Part shown: in pieces, positions 36,472 to 49,382 of the stretch | How the letters are laid out: each line of letters begins with the position of its first letter | Numbering within the stretch: the stretch's first letter is position 1 | From: Bugula neritina | Lineage: Eukaryota; Animalia; Bryozoa | Direction: 5' to 3' | NCBI GenBank assembly: GCA_964035545.1 | Contig: OZ037768.1 | Coordinates: forward strand, 21,733,319-21,797,318 | DNA: 64,000 bases | The notes under the pieces: generated by a model | Database searches by the model: none | What the model was told of the DNA's origin: nothing | What the model saw: only the letters and a program-made list of their open reading frames with translations | Translations under genes and position numbers: made by a program

Positions 36472-36720
36472 TCAATGCTGTAGCCTGCGATTCCAGCCTG
36501 TATCTGCAAGGTTTCCTGTTGCGCACTGTAGGGAAGCTCTGTAAGGGAGGGGGAATAATGGTGGATTTTTGAGCCTAGATAGATCCGAGGGTCCCACAAA
36601 TACTCTCTCCGACAGGTCTTGGGACTTGACCCAATCAAGATCAAGATTAAAAATATACTGATCTTCACATTCATAGTCAGAGTCTTGTTGATAAGTGATA
36701 AATGAGTCTGACACTGCCAT
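36472..36720 (-). CDS. Uncharacterised 82-aa ORF (MAVSDSFITY...WNRRLQH) upstream of NRBF2
   Basis: Strong Kozak context (CACC ATG G). A ttcag acceptor lies 27 nt upstream (exon start 36747) and a matching gtaagt donor at 37375. GC is locally raised. Family not recognised. Confidence 0.5.
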   Translation of the reverse strand: MAVSDSFITYQQDSDYECEDQYIFNLDLDWVKSQDLSERVFVGPSDLSRLKNPPLFPLPYRASLQCATGNLADTGWNRRLQH

Positions 36721-39224
36721 GGTGACATGGTTCAAGTTATTGTGAAACTGAATCACATTTACTCATTTACTATGTACCATTGTTCATTGGCATTATGATT
36801 ATGAATACGACTCATACTGATACTTATACTTATAGTATACTAAAATCTAGTCTCATACTGAAACTCATAGTCATGCTTATAAGACCTAGTCCTAAGTCAT
36901 ACTGATACTCATACTGATGCTCATACTGTAACTCAAACTGAAACTGCAAGTGTACAGCCACTGCCATGAATTTCAATTTGAAACATTATCATCATACAAA
37001 ATAAAAATACAAATTTAAAACAATAACTATTAATATAACTGTAGAACTATAAGTATAAGCATAACTTCACTATAAGTATAAGTATAACTATAAGTATAAG
37101 ATCAACTTTAGCCTTTGCCCTTTGGCTTTAAGTTTAGGTAGAAGTATCAAGTATAACTATAAGATTAGATATAACTCATATAATTATAAATAACTGTTAG
37201 TATAACTACTACTATTACTATAAATTATAATACAATATTAACTATAACTTATAAGATTAAGTATTCATTTTCATCATTACTGATTACATTGACAACAGAA
37301 AACCAAAATCACACACAGTCAGTGAGTCACAGTGAGTGTGACACAGGCTCGAGTCTTGGTCTTACTAACACTTACACATCAATCAAGTTCAGCTACTAGC
37401 AGTACCAACAACTTTAAATTGCTATTAATTGTCATTAGCCTAGGACAATAACTAAACCATACATTAGATTAATCATAATGATAATTTGATAATTACGAGT
37501 CGACTTTATTTTGTGTGTAACAGATCGAGATTGATCAACAAGCCTGAACCTGCTTGGATTGGTTAATATCGCTAAATGCAGCGCCAACTTAGGGGTGACT
37601 GAGTACAGCGTTTGTATACGCATCGTTATGCGAACTCCAAACCCTATGCAGCTTCAAATTTGAGACCCCGAACTACTGCACTCAATCACCTCCAATTTGA
37701 AGCTGGTTCAAGTGATTTTTTGTAGACGAGAATAATTGAGAAAATAAATCATTTGATGGAGCACAAAATCGGGAGTCACGACGTGCGGTGGTTTCAGCTG
37801 GGTTATGTTTGTAACTCAAACATGACGTGTGTATTATATACACACACTGCACTCAGTGATCCTAAACTTTGCGTTGCATCTAGCAATTACCATGAAAACA
37901 TGTGAAAACTCAGTTATATATGAAAAATGCAGCACGCGAAGTTATGTTCCCCCAAAAAGTTAAACCAGGCCCTAAACTAAGATATTATGTAAAGAACTTG
38001 AGTTTATGAATTGAGACTACAATCAGCACAAGAGTCTAACTTATTTTCTCACTAGAGTACATATTTCGAACTCTATAGTACTACTTCAGCTCAGGTTTGA
38101 CCAAATCCAACGTAACTAGATTAGACCAAATTTTCCTTTACTTTCTAGTAATCTTCATAATACAAATAGATATAACTTAAATATAATTGTTGAAATTTTG
38201 ACCAATTGCCGAGCATTGTTAAGCAATTTTTTGAGTAATGCTATATTCTATCAGAGCGCCCTTTATCCCTTTATTATGTATGCATGACAGCTATAACTTA
38301 GTATTTTCATAGTGATTATGCACAGCATAAGCCTTTTGTGTGGTAATGCTACAGAGCAAAATGTGCACTTGCCAAGTGCTATTTACATGTATTTTAGCAT
38401 TTGTACAAATACATAAAATCCAGCAGTCATAGAGATGTGTTTTTGTAAAACGAAGTATAAAATAAAAATCCCATTACTTTTATAGGACAACATAAAATAT
38501 TATAATATCCTTATGGCACGACTAGAAAAGGTTTCAAAGCTCTTATTGCACAATAATTCCCTCAAAACTAATTGGTTTAAAACAAGAATGAAGGAACTGA
38601 TAAGTAGCATGAATTGCACAGCCAACTACAGTAAGAACTACAAAAAGCTGATTTTCAGTATGAATCAGAATATAAACTAACATAAGAGTTGACAATAGAT
38701 TACCAAATAAAAAATCTACTCAATGTTAAGTCAAAATGGCAAATAACGGTTACAAAATGCATGAGATACATCTGGTAATTCATGGACAATCAATAAATCA
38801 TCGATAAAATAAATTATAATTATAGATTACAATAAACATTAATCACATTAAAAAATATATAAAAGCCTGAAAAAAGGGAAAAAACCAAAAAATAGAAAAT
38901 AGAAAAACTTTTTAAATAAGGAAAGTTTAATTTAAACAATTTTACTTTTGGTTACTATCAATAGCACTTTTATGTTTATGTTGAGAAATTTTAGCAGACA
39001 GCTTTTAAGAATCCGAAAATATGAACTATTTCCAACTGCTATAAGCGGTGGCATCAAGTATTAAAGAGAAAGCAACTTCTAAATATCAGTAATCTAATTA
39101 AATGAGGGACCTAAACAGTTTGATGCACAATACAACGTGGGAGCAGTTAGTTTAAACTTTAAACGATAGAGATAAAGGTGATGAAGGATAGTTGGCAGAA
39201 GGTCATGACCTTAGTTAATTGCTC

Positions 39225-42200
39225 CTACGATTTCATCTCTACAGCCTGTAAAATATTGAAGTAACACCATATTGGTTAGAAAGAAAGTGTGCACACAAGC
39301 ACATAAGGTCTCGGGCTACAAAGGCTGCACAACCTTGCTTAAGGTTAGGCCATTTAAACATTTCACAAAAAGTCAGCATTATATCTTTTTACCATAAATC
39401 CAGACCTACACTGTACTATACTACACTGTACTATACTACAGGATACTATACTATACTACACTGTACTATACTACACTGTACTATACTACACTATACTATA
39501 CTACACTACACTGTACTATTATATCGGTTTTGTGTTAGTGTCTGGTTGAATGATATACTTTAACTACTAGCCAACTTTGCAACAGGTTTTCAAGTTTATT
39601 TACTCTCAAATCGTACCCTAGAAAATTGGGAAAAAATAGAAATTGTATAAGTAACAATATAAATCAAAAGTCAGAGAAACACCATGAACATCACAGAACC
39701 AAACAAATTGACATGATCTATTATAATTCTAATAAAACTTACAATGTTGGTACTGTATCGGTTTTGTGTTAGTTTCTGTTCTCACAAAGAGTGTAAATAT
39801 TGGAGCCTAACTGTGTGCTCGTTTAATGCTAAAAATGCTCCTCTCTGGCGGTTTGATTATGACATGCTGACTTGTGCAGTACAGTGAATTATAGCACTAG
39901 CCCTGCCAACTAATAATAGCTTTGGTGAAAGATTTAAAGCCTTAAAGCTTTAATGATTAGTGGCATGCCAATACACCTTGGTGGCATACCGATACAACTA
40001 TACTAAACTGTACTACACTATACTACAGAATACTAAACTATACTACAGGATACTATACTATACTATACTACACTGTACTATACTATACTACACTGTACTA
40101 TACTGTACTATACTATACTATACTACACTTTATACTTTATGAGAAGAGAATCTCAACAACTTGCACAAGTTTGGGGTATTTTAGTAATGAAACAAATTAT
40201 AGCCTATGAAACCTTGTGCAGTTTGGGCAGCCGTTTAACGAGACCCTAACTAAACATAGAGCAAAGACTAAACATAGAGCAAAGACGACAAGCTGTATCA
40301 TGAGCGCACCTGCATTTCACCCAGTTCATTTATCTGATCTTGTAAGCGACACTACAAAATATAACAACCAATAAACAGCAAGCAAGCGTGAGTAAAATAC
40401 AAAGTATAGCTGACACACAATGAAGCGGTTAAAACAGCTTAGGAACATTTATAGCAAGCAGCCCGTGACAACATGTAAGATAATAAAACAACTCCTTTCA
40501 ATTTAATACACATCCTTGCTTTAAATGTTTTTTATGCCTTTTATTCGATTAAATTAAAACATGACATTATTTGCACCATTATTATGATCAGATGTAATTT
40601 GTTCTGTGAAATTGAAACAGTTTACATTGCTTCATATTGCTTCAGTTTGTTTATAACACATAATTACACAACATCAGACTAAAAGTTAGTTAAACTACAT
40701 TTTTTGCGTTTTAAAAAAGTTTTATATTGTGACTTGTACTAAAAAATAAAGTAATGGTAGTTGAAGTAACATATTTGGTTTCAAAAAAAAATATATGTAT
40801 ATTATTCTCTAGACTACAAGACATGTAATACAAAAGTATATATTTAATCATTCTTGCATATCTAGAGTTTATTGAGATAGTCTGTCTTTCAAGTAGAATA
40901 GTGATAGAGCGATAAAACATTAAAAGCAAAACAAATAAAGTAGTCCACTTTGTGATTACGCAATAGCAACACAGACCAGCCAAATTAGCAGAGGAAATCA
41001 CTTACCCTAAGGGCCTCCCTTTTGCTGAATTCTAGTTTAGCCATCTCAACACTAACCCATTCTGGGACTTCTGCTATGGCCATTCGTATTATATATTTCA
41101 TAGCTAGGACCACATGCTAAAAAATTCTAGCAACTATGTACACTGGCATATCATACATAAAACTCACTGTACACTGAAGTTATTGAATTTCAAATAAAGC
41201 AGACAACTACCAAAATAACAAATAATAAGGGAAAAATATTCTTTAATTTTGCAATATACCGATTCACTACAGCTTCAAAGCTTCCACAAGTAACATTTAA
41301 AAATTTTATGTTACGAAGTCAGCATTTAGTTCATACAGGAAGTCAGCAACTAACTTCAAACAGGAAGTGGAGCCACTGACCTCTACGACGACAATGAGGA
41401 GTAGTCTGTGTATATTAGAGAGATGTGGGAAAAGCCGCTGCATGGGCCCAGAGATACCTATGAGAGCCGTGTTGACTATTATAGTACCAATACTCATCAC
41501 CTCCAGCACAACCTGTTGTCAGAGTAGACCAGCTTATTATACATCTTCAAGGCAAACTATTCACAGGATTATCTACTTTCACTGAGCAAATTACTAAAAG
41601 AAACTATTGAAATACAAAAAACACAAAAATATTATATTATATAATATATTCAAATGTATTATTAATAGATTATAGTTTTATATGACATTTAAATACAATA
41701 TCATGCTATATTCAAATATAAAATTAAGATATTATTATAATTTATTCATTTCAAAGTGTTTTACTTAGCATAATTTGAACTAATAAAATCTGGCCACACC
41801 TCAAATTTGTAATAATGCTGCAAAAGTAAGGAAAATGCATACATTTCTAAAAATTATGCTTGTGGCTTAGTAATTTGAAATTTTCCCTGATGTTTACTCA
41901 AGTTGATATTCTATTCATCAGCAAAAACATCTTCAGATACAACAAGGAGATACAACAGGTGGATACAACAGGGGATACAACAGGTGGATACAACAAGGAG
42001 ATACAACAGGTGGATACAACAAGTGGATACAACAGGGGGAAACATAAGGTAAGATGAGCACCTGCCAAGCGCCGATGTTTCTGACCCTCTCCCCAGCCGG
42101 TCTCTGGTAGCTCATGCATATCTTGAACGCATCGCTCCGAATCTCAACCACATTGTTCAGTAGAGCGAAAAAGCCAGCCAATGGGAAGACAGAAGAAAAC

Positions 42201-45200
42201 CAGGTGACATATCCAAACTGAATAATCATCTCCAGGTAGTCTTCAAAGGTGCCATCATACTAAACACAATATTATACTATATTATATTATACAACACACT
42301 TGAAGGTGCCATCATACTAAACATAATATTATATTTGATAGAAATATATACATTGTTACAGTACACAGTGTAATACACTTGAGCATACAGTATCTTCTCA
42401 ATACCTAAAGTTTTCGGTCAATAGAATTTACCAGCATTACAAAACAACTCCAACAAAAAGCACCAGTAAAAACGTTTCACAAATATCAATAGGATGATCT
42501 AAACGATGTTCACAGTTTTCTTATCACTTAAATATGTTCACACTTTTCTTGGTTTAATTAGCAAACATTAAAATGAAAAGTTACTTTGAATAAATCATTG
42601 AATAGATAAAGCACTTCCAACTGATTAGTCAGATGTGCCTATAAAATAACAAACCCGGGGAAGGAGCCCTTCTGACTCGGCCTGAGTTAGTTTAGTTTTG
42701 AAAGATTTGCCAGAAGAAAGAGTATTACTAGACACTCCACTATCTGTTTGTGGATTGGCGGGCTCTTCCTTGATGTCCGAGCTCTCTGATTCCGGAGGTA
42801 CATTGTGAGTATCATCATGTGCAGGGGCAGAAGACACGCACTCCTTTAACTTACTCAGTAACTCATTTTCTACAAATATCGAAGGGAAATGTAGGTCACA
42901 GTCAATTGATTTATAGTATTTAAACTATTTCAAAAGAGTAGAATGGGTGTAAAGAGTTACTAAGTGACATAGAAAGGGGGAGAGAGAGCTACTGAGTGAC
43001 AAAGAAAGGGGTGTAGAGAGCTACTGAGTGGCATAGAAAGGGGTGTAGAGAGTGACAAAGAAAGGGGTGTAGAGAGCTAGCGAGTGGTATAGAAAGGGGT
43101 GTAGAGAGTGACAAAGAAAGGGGTGTAGAAAGCTAGCGAGTGGCATAAAAAGGGGGAGAGAAAGCTACTGAGTGACATAGAAAGGGGTGTAGAGAGCTAG
43201 CGAGTAGTATTATGGCATATAAAAGTGGAGCTACAACGAGATATGAGTATAGAAAGTACTAAACTTACTAGTAGTGATGCCCCGTGCCCCCTGGTCCTGC
43301 TTCAACTTGGCTATTAGGAATGAGACGAGAGATTCCTTCATGTTGCCCACCATCTGACGTATGATAAACAGGACGGCCAGTTGCTAGAATTATATATGTG
43401 TATGCATATCTATACATATTACAGTGTGTGACAATAATAATATTATATTATACGTATATACAGGGCATATTACAAACAGTGTGTGACAATAATAATATTA
43501 TATTATACGTATATACAGGGCATATTACAAACAGTGTGTGACAATAATAATATTATATTATACGTATATACAGGGCATATTACAAACAGTGAGTGCACAT
43601 ATCAGTGTCTTCTACATACAACCCTTGTGAAGTAACACATTATACACCAAATTTCCTCTAAAACTACATGCAGCTATCACAAATATGCACTACTTTGAAT
43701 TACTGAGCATTACAGATACTGTAAGGCAATGTAAGGCCAATGAGATATTATACAGAAAATAACTTAGTTACTTTAACACAGTACTTACACTTTTAAGTCT
43801 GTTGAAATCTTGGATGTAGAAGGCTGTATAGAAGAGAGAGAGGAACGAATTCACTGACTGAAACTAAGAAAATGGTGAAAATAGAACCAAAGAAAAAAAG
43901 TATATTATCACACGATAATATTCTGTCTATATAATACTATATATAGTATTATATATACCACAGGCTATGCTCTACAACACAACATAGCTACATATACTAC
44001 ATAAACTAGTATACTACATAAACTAGTATACTACATAAACTAGTATACTACATAAACTAGTATACTACATAAACTAGTATACTGCATAAACTAGTATACC
44101 ACTTTATATAGATGAGAAGCAACTTACCACCATTAATTTAATAATCAATTGATTTTTATATTCCTCCTCATTTCTGTAATTCTCTACAAAACAACAAAGT
44201 ATAAGCATAATTATAGGCCTAATTTATACAATTCTATTACGTATAGCTTTATTATACACTATTTAATAGTGATACAACATTAAATTAATAGTTTTTCTTA
44301 ATTCCATGCAAATTATTACATTTGTTTATTTATTAGTTGAAACTGAATATTCAAACATGTAAAAACAGTTTATAGTAAGTATTAGAATATTTAATAAAAT
44401 TATTCAGACATGTGCCTGCAGACTACGAGTTGGGAGGCAACTCTTCATATACAATGTTGTATTCAATTAAAATAAAACTGGCACACAGTTGCCTTTTACA
44501 GGTAACACGATAACTTAACTGATGGTTTGAAGTAACAGTTGGTATCCTACCTTTATCATTTAACCATTTGGCAATCCAACTGTAAACTTTATCCATTATC
44601 ATCACAGCAGCTGCCAGAAATATATTGGGTAGTGGTTTAAGTATAAACCAAAGATGGCCGCTGCTTATGCCACAATTGATAAAGTCATAGAAAGTGAAGA
44701 AGTTGAAACAGACAAGAAGGATAACGCAGTGACACAGCACCATTACCGGAAGACTAACTGCATAAAAGAACACATTTCTTTTCCATCTAGGATAGTGGGG
44801 CTCGAGTCTACCAGTTACGGGGCTTTTCATCAGCTCCCCCTTTAAAGAAAGAAAAGATTAGTAAGAAGCAGGTTTATAAGAATATTGAGACTATAAGCTA
44901 ATAGCCTTGTAGGGGTGTATAAAAATGTGCATTGTGATTTAGGGGGTGCATACAAACTGCGTACTGTAGTCACAAATTTCATGTTGTAGTGCAGGTGTGT
45001 ATATATATAGTATATACTGTGATCTAGGGGGTGTATATATAGCATATACTGTGATCTAGGGGGTGTATATATAGCATATACTGTGACCTAGGGGGTGTAT
45101 ATGTAGTATATACTGTGACCTAGGGGTGTATATATGGTATATACTGTGATCTAGGAGGTGTATATATAGTATATACTGTGATCTAGGAGTGTATATATAG

Positions 45201-48200
45201 TATATACTTGTGATCTAGGGGGTGTATACAAACCGTATATTCTGGTCTAGGTTCAGTGATGAGATCATCCTGGCTGTCTAAAGTCCCCCATTTAAATGCA
45301 TACTCCGCCTCTTTTCTCTTCCAGAGCTCAATAAACACAGTAGACCATATCACGTTGAGTAAAGCGAATACAACAAAATATACATCATCTTGAACCTACA
45401 ACAGCGGGACAGTGTGACAGCATTATACATGTACAGTATGAAGAAGGTGTCAGCACTGTGTATAATACTAGAGAGGTGTCAGCATTGTGTATAGTACTAG
45501 AGAGGTGTCAGCATTGTGTATAGTACTAGAGAGGTGTCAGCATTGTGTATAGTGCTAGAGAAGTGTCAGCATTGTGTATAGTACTAAAGAGGTGCCAGCA
45601 TTATGTATAGTACTAGAGAGGTGTCAGCATTGTGTATAGTACTAGAGAGGTGTCAGCATTGTGTACAGTACTAGAGAGGTGTCAGCATTGTGTATAGTAC
45701 TAGAGAGGTGTCAGCATTGTGTATAGTACTAGAGAGGTGTCAGCATTGTGTATAGTACTAGAGAGGTGTCAGCATTATGTATAGTGCTATGAAGATGCCC
45801 ATATATCTTAACAAAGGCTCACGCAAGTTTATAGTCACCATCCCTGTGAGAACCTCTGATGGAAGGGGTTGCTGTGTTAAATGGGGCTAAGGACTTATTG
45901 ACATGTGGCACAGGAGCAATTATGACTGGAAATTCTTCCTAACATCACCAATGGTCCTTACTGGAGTTTAAACCCATGGCTCCGTGTTTACTAAACTAGC
46001 GCTCTAACCCCTAGACCACGGCTGCCCACATATAGTAGTAGCCTAATAATGTACACCATAATTATTAAACATTTCAATTTAGTAGTAAAACAATGTCCTG
46101 GTGTAAAATGCTTATGAAGTTAGAAAGAGAAGATAAACTTATCACTGCATGGTGAAGCAAAAGATGCAGTAGTGAAAGAAATAACTTTCCAGAAAAGCAA
46201 GATAACATAACTTCCACGACACAAACCTGATTTGAACCTGAAGATAACCAAATCAAAACTCCAATGAAAGTAGGGATAGTTAGGAAGAGAGTGTATTCTC
46301 CCAAAAAGGCGAAATACATGCCAATACGAACACCAAAATACTCTTTCACTTCATCTAAAAGAACAATAGCATGATCTAAAGCATGCACTGCCATTCTGCT
46401 TGAATAGAATTATATTAAGACCTGCTGCTAATCATATCTCTTTTAGAGATTGCCTTGAAGTCTTAATTTCAGCTGAAATCCTGTTCAGTTTTGGTAAATT
46501 ACTGTAGACCACGGCCTAACAGTTTCATATTCCGAGAAAGTTTATAGCCTATCAAGTAAAATCTTTAACAGAACATAAAATAAAAGCATAGCAACAGCTG
46601 TTGGAAATGTTTACAAACGAGAAAACCTTTCAGTCACGACTGGATTTTCATTAGCCTACACAGTATAATATAATTAACATAAGCTGCCACTACACCACTA
46701 TGTTTGTTTGATTTAGTAAGTGTATACATTGAGTTAGTACTATAAATATAAGTAATCCATCATGGATACCTTTACTACTAATAGTATTGCTAATTATTTA
46801 ACTATTATATAACAAGTGCTAATTAGCAATAATCAAAAGGCCAACCAGCAATAAACTATGTCTTTGATGGTTAGGCTAATCTCATTGCATTACTATACTT
46901 AATTATTAACTACTTTACTAAATATTTCTTACTACTATAATAGTTATATGATGTATAGTTGCTGATCTTCAATGCTTTGATTAATATACTCTGCCTCGAT
47001 ATGAGATTCCAAACTATAAATATTCTATATTCAGTAGAGTCTATATCTTTAGGTCTTGTTCAAATTATCTGGGCCATAATTTTAAGCCATTTTATTTTCA
47101 AAGTTTTTCCAGAATATTCTTATATTTTCCAGACTCAAATATCACAGGTTTGAAAATGAAATATTTTAGTTTGAATATAACACAAATTACCATATATATA
47201 TAATTTGATAATCTGTTACATAATAGGTTAAGTGGACAAAATTAAATTTGAATGATAAAGAAAATACAAAAACCATGCGAGATAAAATATGGAAAAATAA
47301 CTGTGAAATTCAAAACATGAGCCTACAATTTAAAAACAGAAGTCTAGAAACACAAATCTAAATTTTAGAGATACAAACTTAGAAGTTACAAACATGAATG
47401 CAAAGATTAAAAATACAAACCCAAAGGTTGGAAAGAGGTGAAGGAGAACACCCAAGTTTTCCTCAGTTCTTTCAAGTCGTGAAGACAGTGTAGAGGATAA
47501 ATTTGCTGAATGACACCCGAAGTGACCAGCTTAGGAACTACAATATAGATGTGACCAACTTAGGAACTACAATGTAGATGTGACCAACTTAGGAACTACA
47601 ATGTAGATGTGACCAACTTAGGAACTACAATGTAGATGTGATCAACTTAGGAACTACAATGTAAATGCAACTTACAATTGATTAAACTTATTAAATCTTT
47701 GCAAACTATGAAATGTTTAAGTGAAGTAAGTAAATAGGCTGAAAGAAATTTTGCCCAAAAATATCCATCCCAGCATATTATAATGTCTTAAGCTAAAACA
47801 AAAACTGGGTTTTGCCAGAAAAACCAAGTAAATATTTCTTCTTTAAAAAGGTAGAATATGTTACAATTATTTTAACTTAGCAAATCGATTAATCATGTTA
47901 TAAACATAAGCTGGAGTCTATTTATAGAGTGATGACTCACTGATGGGTTGTCCCTCCAACATCACATGACTTAGCACCTTCTCAGTGTCTCCCAGTCTAA
48001 TATTGTTCAACAAATGGAGCAATATGTGCTGTCTCTCCTCACTGGTGAAGAACAACGCCGTATCTTCTACATCCTGGTACATTCCGGCATCTTCCAGGAA
48101 GAAGTCCTTCAACTGTCCTCCATATTTCTGCTTCAACTGCTTTTTAAGTGACAGCTCTTCCGCACCCTTCATTAGGCTGAAATGAGAGTGGACCATGTTG

Positions 48201-49382
48201 ACCAGGTGGTGTAAACCAATCACAAATAGCAAGGCATGTTTGAACCAACAAAATAAATTTTCAAGTCAACAAAACAGATGAAAGTTGCTGTAAAATTAAA
48301 AGAAATTGAAGTAGTAGTAGTCCAGTGTTGAAGTGCTGAGCTAGATGGTGATACAAACTCCAGCAGGGCCATTGGTGATGCTGGAAAGTGTATTTAGTTA
48401 TAATTGCTTCCGTTCCTTAGCTAGAAACCCTCAAGCCATGTTGTAGTATAACAAGAATCACAGTCTATAGCAAGACTGAGACCATAATGGGTTTTCTCGG
48501 AGATTAATTATAACTCTAACAAGTGTTAGTTTGTTTAAAAGAAACTGAAGAGTCCGTGCTGAAGTTTTCTAAACTAAATTAATACTTTATTGGCTTATTA
48601 AAAAATCATTATGTTGCCAAACAAAGAAGATCTTAGAGAAAAAGGTTACCACATATTTTACAGCAAGGAACATTCCAAAATGAAATACATTGCTGTCTAA
48701 ACACGGTTAACTCACCCATGAAAAGAAGCAGAACAAAGCAAATTAGTGAGCCCAGTAGATTCATGTTTGCATATTTGTATTGTAATACTGGATTCTAACG
48801 ATGAGATGGTATAGTTCAGCCATTTGATGATGTATGGCGGTGCATCCTTTGGAAACTGTATGACGACATCACACGAACTCGGTATGCAGGATGAGTTGCA
48901 CACATCATGTGACCAGCTACTGAAACTTTTTAACTTACTAGTCACATTACTTATTCTCTTTCTCAATCCATCAGTCCCTCCATCACCTGACACATGAAAG
49001 ATACACAGATATTGGGCAAAACATGAACACTCCACCAATGGTAAGAGCTTTCATAAAAATAGTGAGACACTAGAAGTTTCCTAATTTTACTATTATTATA
49101 GCAAAATACAGTAGAGTAACTTATTAAATTCATACTTGTGGTAATCAATAGAAAAATCTAATGGCATGCTTTTCTAATTTTTAAGATAAAGTACTTAAGG
49201 GAGTTTATAATATTTCATAGAAAACTGAAATACTCGGCCTACCTTTTTGTAAGAAAATTTGCTAATCTGTATGTAAATAGACTTATTTTTACCTGTGAGT
49301 TGATAGATTTACCTACTGTGAATCAGTAAACTTATTTACCTGAAAGTTGGTCTGACCTGGAGACAGGTTCATTAGCAGTCAT
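39225..49382 (-). CDS. ANO8: Anoctamin-8-like (TMEM16H), ~736 aa. Exons 49382-49340, 48986-48716, 48176-47941, 47537-47421, 46354-46227, 45395-45234, 44839-44551, 44183-44128, 43863-43789, 43383-43269, 42869-42655, 42259-42062, 41512-41381, 41116-41006, 40351-40310, 39245-39225
   Basis: [127 protein letters not shown]. The last two motifs fit ANO8 better than ANO10. The first exon and the last two exons are less certain. Confidence 0.9.
39307..40246. mobile_element. PIF/Harbinger-like MITE in the last ANO8 intron
   Basis: Imperfect ~40-bp TIRs (GGTCTCG...GGCTGCACAACCTTGCTTAAGGTT versus ACCTTGTGCAGTTTGGGCAGCC...CGAGACCC), flanked by TAA on both sides. Internal (TACAC/TATAC)n tracts. Confidence 0.55.
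41935..42040. repeat. GGATACAACAGG-type tandem repeat after an ANO8 donor
   Basis: Direct reading. Confidence 0.8.
42945..43205. repeat. ~32-bp minisatellite GAGTGACATAGAAAGGGGTGTAGAGAGCTACT
   Basis: About 8 variant copies in an ANO8 intron. Confidence 0.85.
43421..43590. repeat. 55-bp tandem repeat x3
   Basis: Unit ACAGTGTGTGACAATAATAATATTATATTATACGTATATACAGGGCATATTACAA. Confidence 0.9.
43995..44100. repeat. 17-bp tandem repeat TACTACATAAACTAGTA, ~6 copies
   Basis: Direct reading. Confidence 0.9.
44995..45230. repeat. ~30-bp minisatellite TATACTGTGATCTAGGGGGTGTATATATAG starting at the ANO8 exon 6 donor
   Basis: About 7-8 copies. Confidence 0.9.
45445..45790. repeat. 29-bp minisatellite AGAGGTGTCAGCATTGTGTATAGTACTAG, ~12 copies
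   Basis: Direct reading. Confidence 0.93.
45818..46028 (-). mobile_element. tRNA-derived SINE, copy 2 (ANO8 intron)
   Basis: Shared blocks CAAGTTTATAGTC, GGAGCAATTATGACTGG, CCTAACATCACCAATGG, CTCTAACCCCTAGACCACGGCTGC. Confidence 0.85.
47522..47666. repeat. 29-bp x5 repeat spanning the ANO8 exon 4 acceptor
   Basis: Unit GTGACCAACTTAGGAACTACAATGTAGAT at 47522, 47551, 47580, 47609 and 47638. Confidence 0.93.
48330..48500 (+). mobile_element. Degenerate copy of the same SINE family
   Basis: Contains GGCCATTGGTGATG...AGTTATAATTGCTTCC, matching the SINE core in the opposite orientation. Confidence 0.55.

Noticed and set aside
39960-40142. Tyr/Thr-rich 60-aa ORF
   Set aside because: Translation of a (TACTA/TACAC)n tract inside the MITE.
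45445-45790. 29-bp repeat arrays (also 47522, 57880) resembling CRISPR repeat length
   Set aside because: Head-to-tail units with no unique spacers, no cas genes, and a eukaryotic intronic context.
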